A DNA stretch of 64,000 nucleotides from Glycera tridactyla (lineage: Eukaryota): contig OZ286467.1 of the NCBI GenBank assembly GCA_965644265.1, positions 56,358,001-56,422,000 on the forward strand, read 5' to 3'. The translations under genes and the position numbers were made by a program. Below are positions 52,847 to 64,000 of this stretch, in pieces; position 1 is the first letter of the stretch; each line of letters begins with the position of its first letter. The notes beneath the pieces are model-generated. The model was not told where the DNA came from, did not search any database, and was given only the letters and a program-made list of their open reading frames with translations.

Positions 52847-53911
52847 TAACTGGATTTTCCACTCTATCCCAATATCATAGAGGTATACATTGCTGAGGGG
52901 AGGGCTGAGGATTAATATCGGATATCCTGTACTGCATAATTTGGTATCCTATATTGCACCTCGGCTATCTGCCACGTTATACTATGGAGGTTTTTTGGGG
53001 TTTGCTTTGTATGAAGAGTGATGAAATTGAGGTTGGGTCATGCCTGGCGGACAATACGACAAATGTTGCGTGGATCTATCGGAAACTGCCTTACTTCCGA
53101 GATCATCTATCACCAATGACTTGAAAAGGCAGGATAGGTCGTAGCTCATTATTCTCAAATTTCCGATTTGCCAGAAAATTGTTACGCCCCTGAAGAATAT
53201 CCAGTCTTGCCCTTTGCTACGTTTCATGGTGGAGAACAAACTCATTGGTCCCTAGTTTGACTTTGAAATCCATCCACACTTCTCGTTTGTAAGCTCTCCG
53301 AACTATTTCTTTCAACCGGCAATGTCGACGTCTTCGTGCTATACCCTGAGGGTAGATTAGGATATCCTTGATCAACAAACCGAAATTGGTTTTAGAATTG
53401 AATTGGTCCTATGTGAATGTTTCGAGAGACACCTTTGCCTTCCAATAGAGACTTATCCATCATGGAGTAATGGAGGATATAACTCTTGCTGGTGAGTCTT
53501 TACTTATTTACTATAGAGTATTCACCTGGATAGGTGAGATGCTGCTTTCTGCCGAATATTTTTGTATCGGTGGTATAATTCGAACCCTTAAAACACCAAT
53601 CAATCAATCTTGAGCCGTCGAAGATCTCAGTTGAGATCTGAGAANNNNNNNNNNNNNNNNNNNNNNNNNNNNNNNNNNNNNNNNNNNNNNNNNNNNNNNN
53701 NNNNNNNNNNNNNNNNNNNNNNNNNNNNNNNNNNNNNNNNNNNNNNNNNNNNNNNNNNNNNNNNNNNNNNNNNNNNNNNNNNNNNNNNNNNACAACACAT
53801 TTCTCTTCCACCCAAGAATCGTTTACATGAAATGGCACTCGTTCTCATTAATGAATATCAGGTGAGTATGGGGTCGATAAATTCGATTCAGAATTAGGAT
53901 TCGATACTTAC

Positions 53912-54224
53912 CAAAAGTGACAATGAGGTCAGCGATGGAGAGATGAAGGATGAAGAGATTGATGCGGGAACGGCGTCGTGAATGTCGGAGGAGAGCGGCA
54001 AGAACGGTGAGGTTGCCAATGGCAGCGAAAACCAGAAGAATTGAGTAGGCGATGACGGATACCAAAGTATCACTAGTGAATGTCAACTCTCGCGGTAGAG
54101 GACTCTCCAAGGCCGACGCGCCAGTGGCGCCACCAACGGCGCTTTGATTCAACCCTTCTCCAAACGGGTTCATTCGGAGAGTCTCACCCGTGAAGGATTC
54201 GTAATAACGCATCTCTGTCGCCAT
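53912..54224 (-). CDS. GnRHR: GnRH/AKH-type receptor, coding exon 1 (N-terminus, TM1, most of TM2)
   Basis: ATG in CCATGG context. Encodes MATEM...NQS...LTFTSDTLVSVIAYSILLVFAAIGNLTVLAALLRHSRRRSRINLFILHLSIADLIVTF. Phase-1 donor G|GTAAGT at 53911; splicing to exon 2 restores VTF-G-MLPQEIAW in frame. Confidence 0.93.
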
Positions 54225-54539
54225 GGAGACCTACCTAGTGTCTTGCATTCAGACATATTGGCAAGTTCCCCGCATCATAGTTCGCTTGTGCTTACATCAG
54301 ATGTTCGTGCAGCATATGTAGAACTCACATACCATTAGCTCCGTCACTTTACAGTGTTCATCGTATTTCGGTGAGAATCTGCGATGCTTTAATTGGTAAG
54401 CGACATCTGGCGTGATGCGTAATATCCCTGAAGTGAGTATTCTGGCTGAAACAGAAACAACAATATATATTTCATTATCATTTGCAAGACTAATTATTCT
54501 GGATGCGAATCGAGTGTAGTCCTCAGATCCTGAAAAGTC

Positions 54540-55117
54540 AGGCCCATCATTTGAAAAGTATAAAAAAAGTCAAAATTCTGAGAAAGTGAGTCGAAATTTC
54601 GAGATAACATAAGAAATTTCGAGATAGTGAGTCAAAATTTCAAGATAGCATGTCAAAATTTCGAGATAGCATGTTGAAATCTCGAGATAATAGGTCGGAC
54701 ATTAGAGATGGTAAGTGGAAATTTCAAGATGATGAATTGAAATTGCAGCAGTCCGTGGTGTTTGTGGTCGTTCATAATGGTGGTGGTGGTCCATGGTGGT
54801 GGTGGTGCATGCTGGTGGTGGTACATGGTGATGGTAGGTCAGTGTCATCCATGGTGGAGATCATCCCTTGTGGTGATGGTGATGGTGGTCCATGGCGGTC
54901 GTAGTGATTGTGGTGATTTCACCCCTGTTATCCCGAAATTTTGGCATACTATCTCGAAATTGCGACATACGATCTCGAAATCTTAACATACTATCTCAAA
55001 ATTTCGACATACTATCTCGAACTTTCAACATACTATCACGAAATGTTGACTCACTATCTCGAAATCTCGACTTACTATCTCGAAATTTCGAGATTTTTTT
55101 TATCTGATGATGGCCCT
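54540..55117. mobile_element. Foldback-like element: inverted arrays of a 21-bp unit around a GGT-rich core
   Basis: Left arm units are GTC(G/A)AAATTTCGAGATAG..; right arm units ACTATCTCGAAATTTCGACAT are their reverse complement. Ends AGGCCCATCAT and ATGATGGCCCT. No clear TSD. Confidence 0.75.
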
Positions 55118-55431
55118 ATTCGGCCACCGTATTATATAGTTCGCATATCTTTCGCAGCCCACAATTATGTATGACACAGGCACGAGATATTGGCATAATG
55201 GCATGGCTGCGTGCAGAAAGGAATGTATCATCTTACAAAGTAGCCTCCAGTCTCTCGTCATATCAATCATGTCGTGAAGCACTCAATGACGGTTGTTCTC
55301 ACTAGTTATTATGCCTCTATTATATACTACAATGTGTTTTGCTATTCCTTATGCCGGATTGATATTTTTCTGTCGTTATTTTTGTCATACATGTCTTTGT
55401 ATTGTTTGTTTGAACTCGGAGAGGGGAGATA

Positions 55432-55608
55432 TAGTCGAACCTCCTCTAAAGGCCAGCTCTCTATAAAGACCGTCTCCCTATAAAGACCTCCCTGAGCTGC
55501 GATCGTGGTAGTATTCTCAACAGTGAATGACCTCTCTAAAAAGACCACCTCCTATAAAGGCCACTTTTTTATGCGACCGATGGTTGTCTTTATAGAGAAG
55601 TTCGACTG
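55432..55608 (-). mobile_element. Tc1/mariner (pogo/Tigger-like) MITE, 177 bp
   Basis: TA|TAGTCGAACCTCCTCT ... AGAGAAGTTCGACTG|TA; reverse-complement similar to 37179-37356. Confidence 0.8.
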
Positions 55609-58600
55609 TATGTGCCTTGAAACCCCACCTCGAGAGTTTGAATACAGATCGAACCAAATCAAATAAAAAAAAAATTATTTTGACTCGTATGACACAAATG
55701 TACAAGTTTGCATTTGACTGAGAACGGTTTTTCAGGCATACACGAGCGGGGAGTTTAGGACAAGGGTTAGTGCAATTTTCTACATAGATGAAACATCAAC
55801 GGATAATAAATAAATACAATGATATACAAATGATTAAAAAGGCAAGGGAAACTAACACACACTTTCACTCTCAGACTCATTTCCCAAAAAATGAATAGTC
55901 ACAGTCACAATCACACACAGGTTCGAATCGCAACATTTTAAGAGGGAGAGGTCTTTCCCATTACATGGCAAGATTTCATATTCAGATTAAAACTTACAGC
56001 AGAATTTTGATACTTCTCTGATATTAGGTCGTGTGAATATAGCGGAGACTATACTGTTTGAACACATCTGGAAGTCACATCTGGAGGTTATTGTATATTT
56101 GGGTCTATATATGGCATCATCCAATTTGCATAGTTTTCACAACCAGCTACGGGTCAAACCCTATTCTGAAATTGACACCGAGAAGCTGTCTCCGGAGAGA
56201 AGTAGTTTCGAAATTCACAGCCACTCGGAGTTTCATTTCTGCTATTAAGAATGTCGACCAGTGACCATTGGATAAACTCACATTGCCCGCACCATCTCCG
56301 TCAGTTTTTGCCACTGTGCTACCGTAGCATGAAATCCTCACGTGAACAGACCTACTCACTTAGTCATATCGCCTGGCCAATCAACATCACAGGTGATACC
56401 ATTTGGTGCTTCACAACTCATAAGTCATACACTCCGGAGATATTTCAATTGTTCTGTGTACAGTCCCCTTCAAACCCATTTCTTGAACCTTTGTTGTGTT
56501 GAGTGTACTTGTTGTATTGTTTCATATGTTGCCACGAACGCCTGTAATTTGACCCTAGTATCGCGAATTTGATTCAGATTACAATGCTACTGGCTGACAG
56601 GCTGTGTGTATACATCTTCAGGCAACTAAAAATGTGATCTCGGTGAAGTGTCCCTGTATATTTCGCCTTAGAACGCAAAATATATCGATTTCACACTGTT
56701 TCGCGGCAAGTGCGGCGGTCGTATCTACACTGTTTCACATACTAATAATCAACGATAAAGGCGGCGATTTTGCCGAAAAAAATGCAATGAAATGATGACG
56801 TAATCTTCGTCTAAAGCATACAGTCCACACGAGACTACGTACGATAATCGCCGGAAGATCAATACATTCCATGCGTGTCATTAAAAGTAAATTCGGACAA
56901 GAAATGGCGAAGTTATCGCCGGAAACGAACCCGCCACATTTGAATTTGACAGAGTTTACACGTAAACAAATGAAGAGAACTTGATGGTTCCGACTATGAA
57001 CATTCATCAGAAGTTCTGACTTTGTTCTCACGGTGATGGATCAAAGCAGGTCGTCTTCATTATATTCTCCATATGAACAATTAGTTCTAGCACGCCTGCG
57101 GGAATCTGCGGCCTCATCAGCGATGTTAACCCTCTCTCACCCACAATACCAAGCTCAATTCTGACTATAAATTCATGTTAATAAAATAAATTTTCATATT
57201 CCTATCTTATATTTGTCATGAGATATTTCGGGGATGAAATTTGATTTCCAACGTTGATGACACGACCTTCTTTGGCGTATGCATGAACCAGAATTTCAAA
57301 ATTCAATTCGAGGACAGGAATGACCTACATCAAGGACAGGGTTGACCTACATTATTTGCGGGATGAATATGTCATCTTTCTCGAGATATATATATCGTCT
57401 AGTCTGCCTGCGGGAGATATTCCTGTGAAGCAATAACTTTTGGAAGCGATAAATGAGTATGCATTAGCAGAAGAATCACTCGGAATTGAGTTGATACTTT
57501 GTGGCGTGACTGGCATCTATAATCAAAATATCGTCTTTGACCATGTTTGCTTTTTTACCAAACAGTAATCCATACGTAAAAGGTTCGACAATTATGGCCA
57601 CATTGAATGATGCTATATGAAATTAACCATATTTTGTTGTCATTGCACGTCTACCAAGCATCCTAATATTAGCAGTATTGGAAGTGAACTTAATTGGCAG
57701 TTTATACGTGTGACATATTTCCTTCAATATCGATGCATTGCATGTTAGTGCTTACTATTTTCGACATTGTCTTTATTTGTGTTGTATAAAGTTATGAGAT
57801 GGAAATGAGGATTTTTTTCTCATCTCCATAAATAACAAATTATAAAGCCGTTATGGGGTCTTATGATGTTTTCCGACTTAAAAACGACAGGTTCTATCAT
57901 ACAGACACACGTGATATGTATGAAGTTTCGAGCTGATACGTGGCACTGGGCTCCAACCAATCGATGACGCTCCTATCGCATCCTTCAGACGCTGAATAGT
58001 TGGATAATCCATGAAAGACGATATGGATCGAGTGTCTGGCAGCGAGCTTTAAACGACCCAAGCTTTGATTGGTGATCATCCCAACAGCGGGGGTGAATAT
58101 TCGGGCGCCATAAGATAACACCCTACTTCCAACCATCTCCCTTCACACTGTCCACCGAGTCTTCAAGTCATCACAGCTGTACTCCATACTATTTCTTATC
58201 GTAGGAGCAGGCTCGACTAGTGTATTGCCCCATGCTGTCCGGACGTGGGCCACCATGACGAGCGTGACTAGATACGAAACTTTTCAAGATCGACCATAGC
58301 TTGTGTTTGTTGTGCTTCATGTCGACGATAGACAGGTAGACGAACAAGGTGATAGACAATCAGTCATCTTGGCAGAGAAATAGACGGATAGACAGCGAAC
58401 ACAGGCAGGACAATCAAGGGGAAGAGAGCATGGGCGATGCGAGAGAAAAAAGGAAAAAGGAGTGAAAATACAGGAGGGAGGAAGAAGTGGAAGAGCAACA
58501 CCCAAGACGTGTGTGGTGTTTTTTAATGAGCAGGACACCGACTACGGCGCATTCATTAGTCAATTGTGTAGCCTATTCTTGATGACTCTTCAACCATGCA

Positions 58601-59419
58601 CTTCAACCATGGCTCTTCACCCATGCATTTCCATTTAGAAAGTAGTATTCCCACCATTGATCTCACGAAAGATCGAATAACCAAATGATCAGAAAGTAAG
58701 TAGATCCGAGAGATCAATCTGCCCTTTTCACATCCGAGTGAGCGATGATATGGAATTTTTCTGATCGTCGCCGATGCCCACCGTGATTTATGTATAGAGC
58801 ATTTCAGTACTTCCCAAAGCGGCTATACGTCAGAGATGGCCTTGCGCCAACGCTTCCAATAACATACGCATCTCGTGAAAGTGGCATCGACCGCGCTGCC
58901 AATACATCAATTATTAAGCGAAAGGTTGTTGCTGGTTTGGCAGGGGTTATAGTATCCAATACTCGTGTTTTATTTTTGGAGATAGGGTCGTAAAATATCG
59001 GCGAATAGGATTGGTGTGCGTAGCTTTAATAAATCATCGTGGCTGCCTAGCTACTGGCCTGTAAAACAGATATGAACCGTCTGATGTGATTCACATAGTG
59101 TTCTGTTTATATTCATTAGCATGCGCTGGTAGGTCCTTCTCATTCCCAATTAATATTGCATGCATTAATGTGACATAGCTGGTTTTATTTCCAGATTGAC
59201 TTCGATGAAAGTTCCTGTGACTTGATTGAATGGCCAGAGGTCGAATGCAGTGGGACAATCATTTTTCGGCATTCTCTGTAGGGGCGTGAACTCAATCCTC
59301 ATTTCAATAATGATAATATAAGAATTAGGCATCAGATTGGAACGCAACTAGGGTCTTTATTTCATATTTATGGATCACAATCAATGCAATAGTTGAGATG
59401 GCTGAATGATTGTCGATAA

Positions 59420-60090
59420 TGACGAATGAATTGTGGTTCTCGAAAATTAATTATTGATCTCAAAAAATAATCGTGGATCTCCAATATTCGGATTGAATGT
59501 GGCTATCCATCCATAATTAATGGAGATCCACAATAAAAAGCATTCATGGATCTCCCCATCCTATCTGTCAATCTCCAAAAATCATTTCTCGATCTTAACA
59601 AATCAATTATTGATATCGAAAGATCATTTGTGGGGATCCACAACTGTGATACTGATGTTCCACAAATGTAATTATTGGTATCGACGATTTGATTTGTCAC
59701 TCTCCAATAAACGGAAAGTCGTGAATTTTGGATACTTGGGATATCTCGATATCCAAATATCACAAGTTGTTATTCACTACTATTTATGAAGGACCACAAT
59801 TCCAATTGTGGAGCTCCAAGAACAACTTGTAGTTATCTACAATTCATCCATGAATATCCACATATCATCTTCCAATTATCGAGATCGACAAATGCAATCG
59901 TCAAGATGAAAAAAGTGATTGTTCAGATCGACAAATGCAATTATTCATCTTGACAATTCTAATCTTTGATCTTCACAAATGTTGGTGAAACATAATTCCA
60001 ATGGTCCGAATCATCGATTGCATTCGTCGATATCAACAATTCCATTTGTTGATATTGATAATTGTTCAATGATCTCGACATCACGTTCCA
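59420..60090. repeat. Degenerate repeat with about 21-22 bp period built on palindromic GATC/GATATC-centred units
   Basis: GATCTC/GAGATC/GATATC/GGATCC-like cores recur about every 21-25 nt, e.g. TTGTGGGGATCCACAA and ATTGTGGAGCTCCAAG. Confidence 0.55.
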
Positions 60091-62279
60091 TAGATATGGA
60101 ATTGAGTCCTTAATGGCCTTCTATATTTCAGGTCTCTTTTCAATCATAGGTGGCTTCTCTGGATGACCCATTCTGCGGAAGTTGAGTATTTCATTTGTAT
60201 GGAACAGGGATCCACCTCGATATAAAGATCAGCGATGAAAGCCAGGCAGAAGGCCAAGACGATTCCCAGTGATGAGCAATTTCATTTATGATTAACAATG
60301 GTGTTGCGAACTCAGGCACGAGATCAAACTTATACTGTTGGAACCAAGTCCTAATTACTCATGAATGGTTCACTATGATAATCAAGCGGGTTCGAGTACA
60401 TTCACTGCGTTTGAATGCCGGGAACCCTAGTGAAGCAACCTCAAGATCTACAAGTCACCGGAGCCGGTAGCATTTGGGACCATACCACTTTTTCGTAGAA
60501 GATAGACTGATACACTGAGTAACACCATGGCGTGTACCTAACTCATAATGGAAGGCCAACTTTGGCACTCGAGCAGATACCATGTCTTGGCATTTTCATT
60601 TCTTTGACGTGATTCCCCCTATGATTTATTTAATATCATCATGATGCATGTTCTCTGGTGAAAGATGTATCTGAGTTACATGTTGGACCATCCTTTCTCA
60701 ATGCATTACAAAGATACGTTCACCAATAGGTGCAGAAGGCTTCGATAACTCCACAAAATGACGATGTATAGGTCGTGTCAGGGTTGCCCCTCGAGGCATC
60801 TCGTATATTGATACAGCATTGTTGGGTAACAGACCTGTCCCACCTACAGGCTATTATGTACGGTGGCGATAATGCGCCGTACCATTATCCCAGCTTGGAC
60901 CACACCCCATCCGTTTCCCTATTGTGATCCGAGAAGCAATACCCGGCACCCAATTGTCTCCCATATCAGCAACCCCCATCCGCCAAATATATGTATGCAC
61001 GTGACAAATAACGATGTTTCATTGATAAGTCGTTACCAAAAGCAAACACATATGACCATTCTCATTGAACACTTGACTTCAGTTTCACATCATATAATTC
61101 GACTAGTGTTGCTGATTCAATGTTGATTGAAACCGATGGAGTGGATCGTATTCGTTTGGAATGCTATTCACGGGTATTCACATTTTTTGGCCCCTAATGG
61201 GCCTATCCGACTCGGTACCTCAAAATCCATTTTGCATCTTTATGCGGAGGGGCTGGCGTGTGTAGGTGTTCATACCTACTTCTCCTAAATAGCGAATTTA
61301 GGGGATAAATTGTCAATAAATATATACATTATATCGGCGCCTTGGATACCTTAGATACATCGTGAATAGTCAAGAAGGTAGGCAACACTGCTTGGTCATG
61401 TAAACCTTCTCAAGGAAGTGTCTGAACTGTTTGAAGCTACTGCTGAGATTCATGTGTTTTGATGAGTCTGTGGTGGCGGGGGGGGGGGGGGGGTCAGTGT
61501 CAGTAGGTGAATACTTTCTAGGGTATAGACGACTTCGTTTCATGTCACTAAGTCTGTTCCACAGTCTCATGACAATTGGTACGAAACTCCAGATGTCTTC
61601 TACCAATAGAATAGGCAGGATTTCAGAAAATATGCATATTTTAGTTCCCAAAGGCAAATCGTACTATTTATAGCATACAGTAGGTTTAAGGGTAATCAAG
61701 GGTGCTGAATCCGAATCTGCTGTATGCCCGGCTCAAAATGGAGAATGGAAATGGTGTTGTTTTAGGTCCACTTTCTGCGCTTGAGTAGGCTAAATCTGAC
61801 CACCTGCCAAGGAGGAGCGAAGATGAAGGGTGAACATTCCTGCAAAATGGAGAAATCTAAGATGGCTACCACTGCAGCACTAGAAACTGTTCTTCTGTAC
61901 ATAACCTCTTGCACAGAGAGGGTAGAAACTTGGATGAAATGTGCTTTTATAGGTTTTCCCATAAAAGGAAGTCATTGCCATAATCAATTTCTCATTCAGA
62001 TGTATAGAAAATGTCAGAATTCCACTGACATTGCAAAAATTGGTCCGGCAACCAATAGACATTTTGTCGAATTACTGGCTGAAAAGAGAAGACTGGAAAT
62101 CAGTGTTCAAAAATGATATTCCCTCTTTTATATTATTTCAGAGGAGTGTTCATATTCACCAGATTAATTACCAAGACCCTTATTCTTCATAAAAATCCTT
62201 TATGCTATGTATGCTGTATTCATAGGAAAACACTCAAAAACTATATATGAAGTCATAAACTCAAGTATGTGCATCCAGG

Positions 62280-64000
62280 AGTCATTCTCTGTCATCAAAA
62301 ATGTCTTGGCAGTTGTTCGTGAACTCTCTGCAGGTGCAGGCTTCAATGCAATCCAGGCACATTTTCCTGAAGTTGTATGATTGGCTTAGGCACCCCTCTG
62401 TCCTATACTAGTTGCACAACTTTATATGGAGACGTAAATGTCTTTGCCTTATTCAGTTGAATGGGTGAATTCAGATCAATGTGTTGGTCATTGTTTGGTG
62501 GCTCACACAGTTGCCTAGCTACAATGACTTTTATCTGTGCATGTCCAAGGTCTTCTGCATTGAGGAATGATTATTGAATCCCAGGCGTGACTATATCTTT
62601 GTTGATTACATTCTTCAATGTTTCTCCACCATCTAGGAAACACCATGCTGTATCAACGATTCAGCTATTTGGGCTTCATCAGTCATCCCTCTACATCCTA
62701 ATGTTTGTGTGGTCATCATTTTCACTGCCACTTACCAAGCTCGACAATGTTTTTGTTTGAGATATAAAGCAGTTTTTAAGTTATGAAACAGTGTCCATCT
62801 ACTCAGGGAAGATGGTATCATTGTGACCCCTACTCAACCTCCACTCTTCTTCCCTATAGCATTCGGCCACTCTGTAATCTGGTCAGCTGCAACCTAATTG
62901 AAGTGTTAGTCAATATGTTTTGATCCAAAGTTGCCTTCCTGGAATTCATGAAGGACTTCTGATGGGATGTCAGTCATCTCAGGTATATAGTACCCAGTCT
63001 AGCATAGTTTATATGATAATATCTGAAGAGGAATGGCAGCATACTTTTGACGACATATAGATGCAGATCCCACAATCAATCATGTTGTGCTCTGGTATAG
63101 CAGAGTAGGATACTCAACATATTCATATAGTTCAACTCCAGGGTCTCTATAGATGGTTGGGTTTTGAGAGTGAGATATCCCCATCCCGGCCATTTCGATA
63201 CCATGAGCAGCTGGTGGACACTCACCAGCAGAGGAGATGTGTGTTACCAGGCAACCTCTGTTCGTCATACATGCCTAGTTCTACATCTCTTCTTATCCCT
63301 CTGAACTCTTCCTTATTTCTTCAGCGGAATGGTCTTAGGTGTAGGTAGCTAATGGTTTGCCTGTAGCAATTATTGTCAATATGCAAAAAGTGGGAACCAG
63401 GCACACAACTTCTGGGTTACTAGGGATGCTCCTAGGTTACTCGAATGTGTGATGACATTGTACTGTGAGCATAGGGCAAGAAATGATTGTGAAGCTGGTA
63501 TGAAGTTGACAGTCTGTAATTGAACATATTGGTTTAGTATTCTCCAAATCTAATGCTCATTCTCGTGTCGAGTGCTGCGCTTTGCAAATAAAAGCATTAC
63601 TATCAGGCCTGAGTGTTATCTTCCAGCCAGTTATATAGTCAGTCATCATCAGATTCAGTTTGTTCATGGAGAGTAGGTAGAGGTGTGTCTGAACTGTTAG
63701 CTACTTCCAATTGACAACCTCTCAGCCCCCCCCCCCCGTCATCTTGTGTTCAATGTTTGTGAGAGTGATGTCTGCAGGGGAGAGAACATCTAGCTTCTAT
63801 TCACCGGCAGCATACGGCATACATAACCCCAGTATTGATACATGCCGTCAAACCTTGAAAAAAACAGCATCTGGGTCATCAATTAAAAGAGATGCATTAA
63901 GCCCCTTCATGTATTCCTCGGAATCTGTTGACCATCTAAGCAATGTGTTCCACGTCTATTGATACACTAGTATCTGAGAGATCAGCACACAGTGTGACAT
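62280..64000 (-). mobile_element. Decayed Academ-type DNA transposase (copy A), internally deleted, runs off the window end
   Basis: Minus-strand pieces: ILLCYTRAQHD*LWDLHLYVVKSMLPFLFRYYHINYARLGTIYL; EVLHEFQEGNF..HFN*VAADQITEWPNAIGKKSGG*VGVT..LSRW; ETLKNVINKDIVTPGIQ*SFLNAEDLG; C-terminal Cys cluster CLDCIEACTC..NNCQ. Confidence 0.75.

Noticed and set aside
55915-55935. B-box-like GGTTCGAATC
   Set aside because: Isolated motif with no A box or tRNA stems.

Overview
Animal (invertebrate-like, probably lophotrochozoan by receptor similarity; inference) genomic DNA with about 10 N gaps. The only host gene I can support is a GnRH/AKH-type GPCR on the minus strand, with coding exon 1 at 54224-53912 and exon 2 at 14690-14446. 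The exons are joined by a 39.2 kb phase-1 intron; TM5-TM7 exons were not found in the window. The intron holds an apparently full-length, about 9.8 kb CR1/L2-group LINE (38101-47883, + strand, candidate 7-bp TSD) with an unusual layout: a long disrupted coiled-coil/RRM-type ORF1, a separate SGNH/GDSL-esterase ORF, a 2.2 kb spacer, an intact EN-RT ORF2 and a (CTATTGT)4 tail. The spacer carries an array of about 9 small hairpins with compensatory base changes, which is the most interesting signal here. The rest is decayed LINEs, two Academ-type transposase fossils, MITEs, a foldback-like element, minisatellites, microsatellites and recent local duplications. No database searches were run; family assignments rest on recalled motifs.
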